Source of the DNA: Acidimicrobiales bacterium
GTDB taxonomy: Bacteria > Actinomycetota > Acidimicrobiia > Acidimicrobiales > Iamiaceae
Assembly (NCBI GenBank): GCA_036724365.1
Contig: DAIMFV010000005.1
Coordinates: forward strand, 1 to 44,628
Direction of reading: 5' to 3'
Length of the DNA stretch: 44,628 nt
Part shown: positions 8,714 to 15,739 of the stretch, in pieces
Position numbering within the stretch: the stretch's first letter is position 1
Layout of the letters: each line of letters begins with the position of its first letter
The notes under the pieces: model-generated
Seen by the model: only the letters and a program-made list of their open reading frames with translations
What the model was told of the DNA's origin: nothing
Databases searched by the model: none
Translations under genes and position numbers: made by a program

Positions 8714-9853
8714 ATGGCCTACATCATCCAACGCAAAGACCGCTTCTACGTCGTCGCCTACGACGGCCTCGACCCGCTCACCGGCAAGGAGCGGCGACGG
8801 TGGCATCCCGCCGGTCACGACCGTCACGAGGCCGAACAGATGGCCACCCGCATCGAGGCCGACGCCGCCGGCTCCGCTCCACTGCGAGGCGGGCCGGTGC
8901 ACCTCGGTGAGTTCCTCACCGACACGTGGCTGCCGACCAAGCGCCGCCACGTCCGAGCCACCACCTCGTACCGCTACTCGTGGATGGTCGACAACTACGT
9001 CAACCCGTCGGTCGGTCACGTCCCGCTCCGTCGGCTCCGGGCCGATCACCTCGACGGGCTGTACGACCAGCTCGCCACGACCGGCGGACGGCACGGCACC
9101 GGCCTCGCCCCAAAGACCGTGCACGAGGTGCACGTGATCGTGCGCTCCAGCCTCGACCTGGCCATGCGCCGACAGCTCGTCGACACGAACGTCGCCCAGG
9201 CCACCAATGCTCGCCACAAGCGCCAGACTCGCAAGGTCCCCCGGTCCTGGACCGCCGAAGAGCTCGCCTCCTTCCTCGCCGCGGCTCGACCACACCGGCT
9301 CCATCCGGCGCTGCACCTGACCGCGTGCACCGGCATGCGGCGAGGGGAGGTCGCGGGGCTCAAGTGGTCCGACCTCGACCGGGCGAACCAGCGCCTCTCG
9401 ATCAGTCGCACCCTCCAGAGCCTCGCCGGCCAACCCGTCGAGTTCCCGGTCAAGACCCGCACCAGCCGCCGCTGCATCGACCTCGACGACCAGACCATGG
9501 ACGTCCTCGCCCGGTGGCGTCGACGCCTCTCCCGCGATGGACTACCCCACGACGCCGACGACTGGGTGTTCGTGAACCCCAGCGGACGGTTCGTGAACCC
9601 CGAGTCGATCAGCCAGCTCTTCGGTCGCCTCCAGGGTGGCCTACCGGAGCTCACCAGGATCCGGTTCCACGATCTGGGGCACACCCACGCCTCGCTGCTG
9701 ATCATGGACGGCGTACCAGTCAAGGTCGTCAGCGAGCGCCTCGGCCACGCCAACGTCGCGTTCACCATGCACACCTACCAGCACCTCCTCCCCGGCATGA
9801 GCGCGGCCGCCGCCCGGCAGTTCGCCGCCCTCCTCGCCGCCCACAGCCGGTAG
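8714..9853 (+). CDS. Tyrosine integrase 2, probably catalytically impaired (HDLGH)
   Basis: Homologous to integrases 1 and 3; TGMRRGE and LGH...YQH present, but HxLRH reads HDLGH. Confidence 0.93.
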   Translation: MAYIIQRKDRFYVVAYDGLDPLTGKERRRWHPAGHDRHEAEQMATRIEADAAGSAPLRGGPVHLGEFLTDTWLPTKRRHVRATTSYRYSWMVDNYVNPSVGHVPLRRLRADHLDGLYDQLATTGGRHGTGLAPKTVHEVHVIVRSSLDLAMRRQLVDTNVAQATNARHKRQTRKVPRSWTAEELASFLAAARPHRLHPALHLTACTGMRRGEVAGLKWSDLDRANQRLSISRTLQSLAGQPVEFPVKTRTSRRCIDLDDQTMDVLARWRRRLSRDGLPHDADDWVFVNPSGRFVNPESISQLFGRLQGGLPELTRIRFHDLGHTHASLLIMDGVPVKVVSERLGHANVAFTMHTYQHLLPGMSAAAARQFAALLAAHSR

Positions 9854-9934
9854 ACGTCTACCGGCCCACCCCACCACGAAACCGCAGGTCACCGACACCG
9901 GCCGACTCCGGGCCGGTAGACGACCCGGTAGACG
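9846..9934 (+). repeat. 20-bp perfect palindrome over the int2 stop, plus CCGGTAGACG x2 (12-bp period)
   Basis: GCCGGTAGACGTCTACCGGC at 9846-9865; repeats at 9913 and 9925. Confidence 0.75.
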
Positions 9935-9991
9935 CGCCCCCGAAGAGCAGAAGACCCCACTCCGAAAAGTGGGGCCTGAACTGCCGATTTC

Positions 9992-10038
9992 GTTGGTGGC
10001 GGGGGCAGGATTTGAACCTGCGACCTTCGGGTTATGAG
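9992..10038 (-). repeat. att2: 3' half of initiator tRNA-Met
   Basis: 47 bp identical to 3637-3683; preceded by hairpin CCCCACT...AGTGGGG (9955-9974). Confidence 0.92.
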
Positions 10039-10097
10039 CGGATGGTCAGGCTCGATTCCCGTCCTGTCCTGTGCCTTCCAGTACCTCTGTGCTGGGC

Positions 10098-10178
10098 TTT
10101 CGCGCATTCGACGTGCCAGTCCGTACCACTGCGGACCAGCCAATCCCAGCCCGCGGTGTAGAAGAGAGTGTAGAAGTC
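10098..10178 (+). repeat. att right arm, second copy of 3744-3824
   Basis: 80/81 identity by manual alignment. Confidence 0.9.
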
Positions 10179-10259
10179 TTGCGTTGCCCGCGGCGGCCGG
10201 ACTTTGGGTCGCTCGTCGTTCGCCGAGGCGACGAGTTCGGGAATGTCGGCGGTCGCAGG

Positions 10260-11129
10260 TCACTGGTCAGGCGGGCGGATGAACCGAGACGGGTCCGCGG
10301 TGAACTCCTCGTGGCAGTGGGTGGAGCAGAACCACCACCTGGTGCCGTCGAGGATCGTGGTGGGGTTGCCGGCGGGTTCAACGGCCATGCCGCAGACGGG
10401 GTCGGTGACCATGCTGGCGAGTTCACGGAAGGTGCCGTCTTCGAGCCAGAGGATCCGGTCGGCGACCTCGCGGAGACGGTCGTCGTGGCTGACGATGACG
10501 ATGCTGCGTCCGTCTTCTTCGGCGAGGCGGCGGAGGAGTCGGGCGATCTCACGCCCGTGACCGGAGTCGAGGTTGGCGGTGGGCTCGTCGGCCAGAAGGA
10601 CGGTGGGGTTGTTGGCGAGGGCGCGGGCTATGGCGACTCGTTGCTTCTCGCCGCCGGAGAGCTGGTCGGGTCGGAAGTCGAGGCGTTCGGTGAGCCCGAC
10701 GCGGTCGAGGAGGTCGGTGGCGCGGTGGTGGGCGTCGCGGCCGACGGTGCCCGCGATGTTGCAGGCGAGCTCGACGTTCTCGCGGGCGGTGAGGGCGGAG
10801 AGGAGGTTGAAGTCCTGGAAGATGAATCCGAGGTGGGTTGCTCGGAGCGCTGGGAGGCGGCGCTCGGGCGCGGTGGCGAGGTCGATCCCGTCGATGAGGA
10901 CCGAGCCGCTCGTTGGGCGGAGCATGGCACCGAGCATGAGCAGCAGGGTGGTCTTGCCGCTGCCGGAAGGCCCCATGACGAGGACGACTTCGCCGGCGTT
11001 GATGTCTAGGTCGATGTCGTTGACGGCGTGAACGGCGAGGCCGCCTTGGCCGAAGGTCTTGGTGAGGTGATGCACCGAGATCGCCGATGGCGGCGTGGTC
11101 GTGTCGGTGGGGGTCGTGCTCATGGTCAT
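10260..11129 (-). CDS. LolD/MacB-type ABC ATPase with C-terminal YHS domain
   Basis: GPSGSGKT, LSGGEKQRVAIARAL, DEPTANLD; tail DPVCGMAV...WFCSTHCHEEFTADP is a YHS signature. Confidence 0.9.
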   Translation of the reverse strand: MTMSTTPTDTTTPPSAISVHHLTKTFGQGGLAVHAVNDIDLDINAGEVVLVMGPSGSGKTTLLLMLGAMLRPTSGSVLIDGIDLATAPERRLPALRATHLGFIFQDFNLLSALTARENVELACNIAGTVGRDAHHRATDLLDRVGLTERLDFRPDQLSGGEKQRVAIARALANNPTVLLADEPTANLDSGHGREIARLLRRLAEEDGRSIVIVSHDDRLREVADRILWLEDGTFRELASMVTDPVCGMAVEPAGNPTTILDGTRWWFCSTHCHEEFTADPSRFIRPPDQ

Positions 11130-12250
11130 GGCCTCCGGAAGGCGGTGGAGGGATCGACGCGCAGGACGCGGCGCAGCGGGATGAGCGAAGCAAGTGCACC
11201 GACGGCGAGGGCGGTGATGCCGGTGCGAACGATGCTTGCAGGCTCGATGGCGACCTCGACGTTGGGGGTGGCTGCGCCGATGGCGGCGCCGAGCAGCATC
11301 GACACGACGACTGCGACGGCGAGGGCGAGGGTGACGGACCAGGCGGCTTGGGCGGCGACGGTGAGCGCGAGGCGGGTGGTGCCGGCGCCGAGGGCCTTGA
11401 GGATCCCGTACTCGCGGAGCTTGGTCAGGGTGGCGGTGAACACGGTGAGGCCGGTGACCGCGAGGGCGATGACGAAGCCGATGACGGTGACGATCTTCAT
11501 GACGTCGGCGGCCATGTCACGGACGACGTTGGCTTCTTGGCGGGCGAACTCGGCGCGGGTCTGCACGGTGGTGTCGGGCAGCGCTTCGGCGATGCGCTGG
11601 GCCAGGGTGTCGGCGTTGACGCCGGGTTGGGCGCCGGCGAGCACGTAGGCGACGGTGTCTCCTCGAAGGGCGGCGAAGTCCTGGGTGCGTACGTAGACGG
11701 TCGTGTTGACGATGTTGGTGCCGTCGGTGGACAGTCCGCTCACCAGCATCGGCTCGGGCGATCCCAGGATCGAGACGGTGTCGCCGACCTCGATGCCAAG
11801 TTCGTTTGCGGCGGTGTCGTCGACGAGGGCCTCGCCGGGTCCGGGCGCTCGGCCGGCGGCGAGGCTGCGAGGTCCGCCGCGGCCGGTGTTGGTGTCGTAG
11901 CCGAGGACGTAGGTGGTGAGCTGCCCGCCGTCGGGCGCTTCGAGGATGCTGGTGGTGTAGCGCAGCCCTTCGGCCCAGGCCACGCCGTCCACGGCGGCGA
12001 CGGCGTCGACGGTGGCGGGGGGGAGGGCCGATTGGGTCATGTGCATGGTGCGGACGTCGCGTTGGGCGACGAACACGTCGGCGGGTGAGTTGCGCATGTA
12101 GGCGTTGACCTGCTGCATGGCGCCGGCGAACACGCCGTCGAGGATCAGGACCAGTACCAACGAGGCGGCGACGCCGCCGACGGCGAGCAGGGCGCGGCGG
12201 CGGTCCTGGAAGAGGTTCTTGCGGGCGAGGGGGATGCGGCCGGTCATCAT
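11126..12250 (-). CDS. FtsX/MacB-like ABC permease
   Basis: One N-terminal TM, extracytoplasmic domain, three C-terminal TMs with REYGILKALGA. Confidence 0.88.
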   Translation of the reverse strand: MMTGRIPLARKNLFQDRRRALLAVGGVAASLVLVLILDGVFAGAMQQVNAYMRNSPADVFVAQRDVRTMHMTQSALPPATVDAVAAVDGVAWAEGLRYTTSILEAPDGGQLTTYVLGYDTNTGRGGPRSLAAGRAPGPGEALVDDTAANELGIEVGDTVSILGSPEPMLVSGLSTDGTNIVNTTVYVRTQDFAALRGDTVAYVLAGAQPGVNADTLAQRIAEALPDTTVQTRAEFARQEANVVRDMAADVMKIVTVIGFVIALAVTGLTVFTATLTKLREYGILKALGAGTTRLALTVAAQAAWSVTLALAVAVVVSMLLGAAIGAATPNVEVAIEPASIVRTGITALAVGALASLIPLRRVLRVDPSTAFRRP

Positions 12251-13368
12251 CCACTCCGATACGCAGCGGCGGGTTCGAGACGGGCGAGTCGCCGAGCCGG
12301 GACGATGGCGGCGACCAGTCCCATCACCAGCGCCGCAGCTGCGGCGCGGCCGACGCTGCCGGTCGTCGCGAGGATCACGAACTGGGGCCGGGCCCAGCCG
12401 ATGAGGGCCCGGCCGACCATGAACAGCAGTCCGCCGGCGACGAGGCCGGACGCGGCGATGAGCAGCGACTGCTCGACGGCAAGGCTGACGAGCTGGACGG
12501 CTCGGGCGCCCATGGCCTTGACGATGCCGTATTCACGGCGACGGTCGACGATGGCCGTGTACGCCGTGAGGGCGATGACGATGCTCCCGATGGCGAAGGC
12601 GACCGCACGCATGACCGCGATGGGAACGCGGTAGGCGCGGGCCATGAGATCGAGGTCGGCGCGGGCGAGCTGGTCACGGTCGAGGACCGACAAGCCGGTG
12701 GCTTCGAGCCGATCCCGGACCGCGGCCGGGTCGTCGGTGCCGGCGAGCACGAAGCTGGTGGTCCCCGGGGAGCTCAGCAGCCGGTCCGTCGCGGCGTGGG
12801 TCATGAACACGAAGGAGGCCATGAACGCGTCGGTGGTGGTGCCGACGACGGTGAACGAGCGGCCCATGATCTCGAGGGGGTCACCGACGTCGATGCCGTG
12901 GCGGCGGGCCATGACGCTGCCGATGGCGACCTCATCGTCGGCGCTGGGAGCCCGACCCTGCCGGAGCTCCCAAGGCCCGCCCCGGTCACCGGGGGTGGAC
13001 CCGATGACGTAGGTGGCGACCTTGGTGTCGTGGAGCTCGACGATGGAGAAGAAGCCACGCACGCCGGCGGCCCAGTCGACGTCGGGATCGGCACGGACCG
13101 CGTCCACCGTGTCGGCGGGGATGACGCTGACGGCGCCGAAGAAGTTGCGGGTGCCGGGCTGGGCGACGTACAGGTCGGCGCCGACGTTGTCCTCGTACGT
13201 GGTGATGTTGGCTTGGATCCCGGCCCACAACCCATCGAGCAGCAGGATGAGCATGATCGCCATGCCGACCCCCAAGGCGCTGGCGGCGAGGCGACGTGGT
13301 TCGGCGAGGAGGTTGCGCCGTGCCAGGGGCACCCGGCGATGGATGACGGCCTTCCCTGGAACCGGCAT
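12247..13368 (-). CDS. FtsX/MacB-like ABC permease (paralogue)
   Basis: LARRNLL, REYGIVKAMGA; GAGGAGG RBS before ATG 13368. Confidence 0.88.
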   Translation of the reverse strand: MPVPGKAVIHRRVPLARRNLLAEPRRLAASALGVGMAIMLILLLDGLWAGIQANITTYEDNVGADLYVAQPGTRNFFGAVSVIPADTVDAVRADPDVDWAAGVRGFFSIVELHDTKVATYVIGSTPGDRGGPWELRQGRAPSADDEVAIGSVMARRHGIDVGDPLEIMGRSFTVVGTTTDAFMASFVFMTHAATDRLLSSPGTTSFVLAGTDDPAAVRDRLEATGLSVLDRDQLARADLDLMARAYRVPIAVMRAVAFAIGSIVIALTAYTAIVDRRREYGIVKAMGARAVQLVSLAVEQSLLIAASGLVAGGLLFMVGRALIGWARPQFVILATTGSVGRAAAAALVMGLVAAIVPARRLARLEPAAAYRSG

Positions 13369-13404
13369 GGCGACCTCCTCGGACGCCCTCACACTGCTCC
13401 TTGA

Positions 13405-13419
13405 TACCCCATGGGGGTA
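13405..13419. promoter_or_regulatory. CsoR/RicR-type operator
   Basis: TACCCCATGGGGGTA (TAC C-tract/G-tract GTA) between divergent operons, one of which encodes CsoR. Confidence 0.8.
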
Positions 13420-13435
13420 GGGACCTTCGTCCCTA
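13418..13435. promoter_or_regulatory. DosR/NarL-like palindromic box
   Basis: TAGGGAC-CTTC-GTCCCTA resembles the GGGACnWWnGTCCC DevR/DosR box. Confidence 0.4.
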
Positions 13436-13485
13436 TCGTCGGGCGCTCACGAGGCGCACGATCGAGGTGTCAAGGAGGTCATCTC

Positions 13486-13701
13486 ATGAAGAACCTGCAC
13501 TACGGCCATTGCCTCATCGGCGTCGCCGTCGCCGTCGTCCTGCTCGTCGCGCTCGGCGTGAAGGCCAGCACCGTCGGCTTCCTCGCCGTCGTCTTGGCCT
13601 GCCCCCTGATGATGTTCGTGATGATGAAGATGATGATGGGCCACCAGTCCGCGTCGTCTCACCACGACGATCGCCCTGTCGATCAGGGCCAGGAGCGCTG
13701 A
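13486..13701 (+). CDS. Small membrane protein, DUF2933-like
   Basis: AGGAGG RBS; MKNLHYGHCLIG...LACPLMMFVMMKMMMGH. Confidence 0.8.
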   Translation: MKNLHYGHCLIGVAVAVVLLVALGVKASTVGFLAVVLACPLMMFVMMKMMMGHQSASSHHDDRPVDQGQER

Positions 13702-13706
13702 TCTCG

Positions 13707-13988
13707 ATGCGGGGCTACACCCTCGAGAAGGACGCCTACCGGGCCCGGCTGCGCAAGATCGAGGGACAGGTCCGAGGCCTGCAGCGCCTCATCGATGAGG
13801 ACACCTACTGCATCGACGTCCTCACCCAGATCGCCTCGGTCCGCTCCGCCCTCGACCAGGTCGCCCTCGGGCTCGTCGACCAACACCTCCACCACTGTGT
13901 GATCGATGCCATGACCGCCGATCCCGAAGAGGGCAGCCAACGCCTCGACGAGGCAACCCTCGCCGTCAAGCGGCTGCTCCGGATGTGA
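13707..13988 (+). CDS. csoR: CsoR/RcnR-family copper-sensing repressor
   Basis: RLRKIEGQVRGLQRLI..D.YCIDVLTQI...HLHHCV (Cys-His-Cys ligands). Confidence 0.9.
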   Translation: MRGYTLEKDAYRARLRKIEGQVRGLQRLIDEDTYCIDVLTQIASVRSALDQVALGLVDQHLHHCVIDAMTADPEEGSQRLDEATLAVKRLLRM

Positions 13989-14003
13989 GAGGAGGGAAGA
14001 ACA

Positions 14004-14285
14004 ATGAAGACACCCGATGAGTCCGTCTCGATCCCCCAGCATGTGTGCACGATCAAGGATCCCCGCTTGGCCAACGGTGTGCTCATCGCACTCGTCGGCT
14101 TCAGCATCGCAGGCGCGGTGTGGCTCGTATCCGCGATGCTCGCCGGGCCCTGGCTCGCTGACACCTTGCTCGTCGAGGGCGCCGTCGCCTCCACGATGGT
14201 GCTCGCAGCATCATTGACAGCCTGGTCGCTGAGCCGCGCGCTCGGGTGCGGCAGATGCCACACGCCGCAGTGTCGGTGCACGTGA
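14004..14285 (+). CDS. Hypothetical 2-TM protein with Cys-rich tail
   Basis: GGAGGG RBS, two hydrophobic segments, CGRCHTPQCRC. Confidence 0.5.
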   Translation: MKTPDESVSIPQHVCTIKDPRLANGVLIALVGFSIAGAVWLVSAMLAGPWLADTLLVEGAVASTMVLAASLTAWSLSRALGCGRCHTPQCRCT

Positions 14286-14455
14286 CCTGGGTCTCCTGGC
14301 CGTTCAACGCCGACCCGAGGACGTGACTGCGGCGCGCTTCCGCCCGTCGCAGCCACGCAGGCGGATCCACGTCGACGTTGGCTCTCGATCATCGTTGCGG
14401 CGAACCGATCGCGGGTAGAGGTCCATCGACCCTCTATCCGACAGGAGACGAACCC

Positions 14456-15097
14456 ATGGCCACCCCCACATCGACGAAGCCATCGACCAGCCACGACCAG
14501 ACGACGGACGGATCCGGCGATCACGGCGACGAGCAGTCCACATCGGGTGGTCTAACCGACGAGCAGCGCACCTACCTGCGGTTCGGGGCCATGATCCTCA
14601 CGTCGATGGTGCTCATGTACTTCGTGATGTTCACCGGGTCGTGGGAGCTGAGCCACGTCCGCTTCAGCCAGAGCCGGGTCTTCATGGCCATCACCATGGG
14701 CGGCACCATGGGCTTGGTCATGCTGGGCTGGATGTTGAACATGTACAGCAACGTCAAGGGCAACATCGCCATCGTCGTGGTCAGTCTGCTGCTGCTCGGG
14801 GGCGGCATCGCCTTGGATCGCAGCCAGGCCACCGTCGGTGACGTGTCGTTCCTGCGGGCGATGATCCCGCACCACTCGCTGGCCATCACCCGCTCGGAAC
14901 GGTTCAACAACGACGACATCCGAGTGTGCGAACTGGCGGTGGAGATCAGCGAGGCGCAGCGCCGTGAGATCCTCGAGATGGAGTGGCTGATCGACGACAT
15001 CGACCAGAACGGGGCAGCCACCACACGAGACGAGGCCCGGCAGCGAGCGGTCCCGGACTTCGAGGTGGCCGCTGAGCGGGAGTGCAACGGCGGCTGA
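14456..15097 (+). CDS. DUF305-family membrane protein
   Basis: AGGAG RBS; FLRAMIPHHSLAI and AQRREI..M ferritin-like motifs after three TMs. Confidence 0.85.
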   Translation: MATPTSTKPSTSHDQTTDGSGDHGDEQSTSGGLTDEQRTYLRFGAMILTSMVLMYFVMFTGSWELSHVRFSQSRVFMAITMGGTMGLVMLGWMLNMYSNVKGNIAIVVVSLLLLGGGIALDRSQATVGDVSFLRAMIPHHSLAITRSERFNNDDIRVCELAVEISEAQRREILEMEWLIDDIDQNGAATTRDEARQRAVPDFEVAAERECNGG

Positions 15098-15113
15098 CGC
15101 TACGGTCGAACGG

Positions 15114-15518
15114 ATGGGCCCGGCACCGACCCGTCGGCGTTCGCCGACATTGACCATCGCGGTGTGGGTGCTCGTGGCGCTGGCCGCCGGAGCGTGCTCC
15201 AGCGACGACTCGACAGCCCGAGGCGGAGATTCCTCGGGTGGCGCAGAGCTGTACGGACAGTCGTGCGCGTCCTGCCACGGCGCCGACCTCCGCGGCACCG
15301 ACCAGGGCCCGTCGCACCTGTCGCAGGTCTACGCACCCGACCACCACCCCGACGCGTCGTTCCGAGCCGCGGTGACCCAGGGGTCGACGGCCCATCACTG
15401 GAACTTCGGGGACATGCCGCCCGTCGAGGGACTCAGCGACGAGGAGATCGACCTGATCATCGCCTACGTGCGCGAGCAGCAGGAGATCCACGGACTCGAC
15501 CCCTACCCGCCCGGCTGA
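15114..15518 (+). CDS. Monoheme cytochrome c lipoprotein
   Basis: Lipobox-like AGAC, CASCHG, HHWNFGDMP. Confidence 0.88.
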   Translation: MGPAPTRRRSPTLTIAVWVLVALAAGACSSDDSTARGGDSSGGAELYGQSCASCHGADLRGTDQGPSHLSQVYAPDHHPDASFRAAVTQGSTAHHWNFGDMPPVEGLSDEEIDLIIAYVREQQEIHGLDPYPPG

Positions 15519-15739
15519 TCCGATCGGATCCGGTGTCGACGATGGTGTTGGGCCATGACCGCGACGCAGACACCGGCGCCGACGGTGCCGAGGGCGATGG
15601 CGGCGGCAGGACCGACCGCGACGCCGAGGACCGTGGTGAGCACGATGATGAGCAGCATCGGCCCCGCACAACAGACGGCCAACGCGACGAGCAGACCGCG
15701 ATCGGACCGATCCGTCCCGGCACCGGATGGGTCGGTCAT
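15503..15739 (-). CDS. Small 2-TM protein with CC motif (MerT/MerF-like)
   Basis: LAVCCAGPMLL; ATGA overlap with the ATPase. Confidence 0.6.
   Translation of the reverse strand: MTDPSGAGTDRSDRGLLVALAVCCAGPMLLIIVLTTVLGVAVGPAAAIALGTVGAGVCVAVMAQHHRRHRIRSDQPGG

Larger units (their letters stand above)
3639..10038. mobile_element. Integrative element C (~6.4 kb): HEPN RNase + hen1-pnkp + integrase 2
   Basis: Bounded by identical 45-bp tRNA-derived direct repeats, with an integrase next to one end. Confidence 0.85.
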
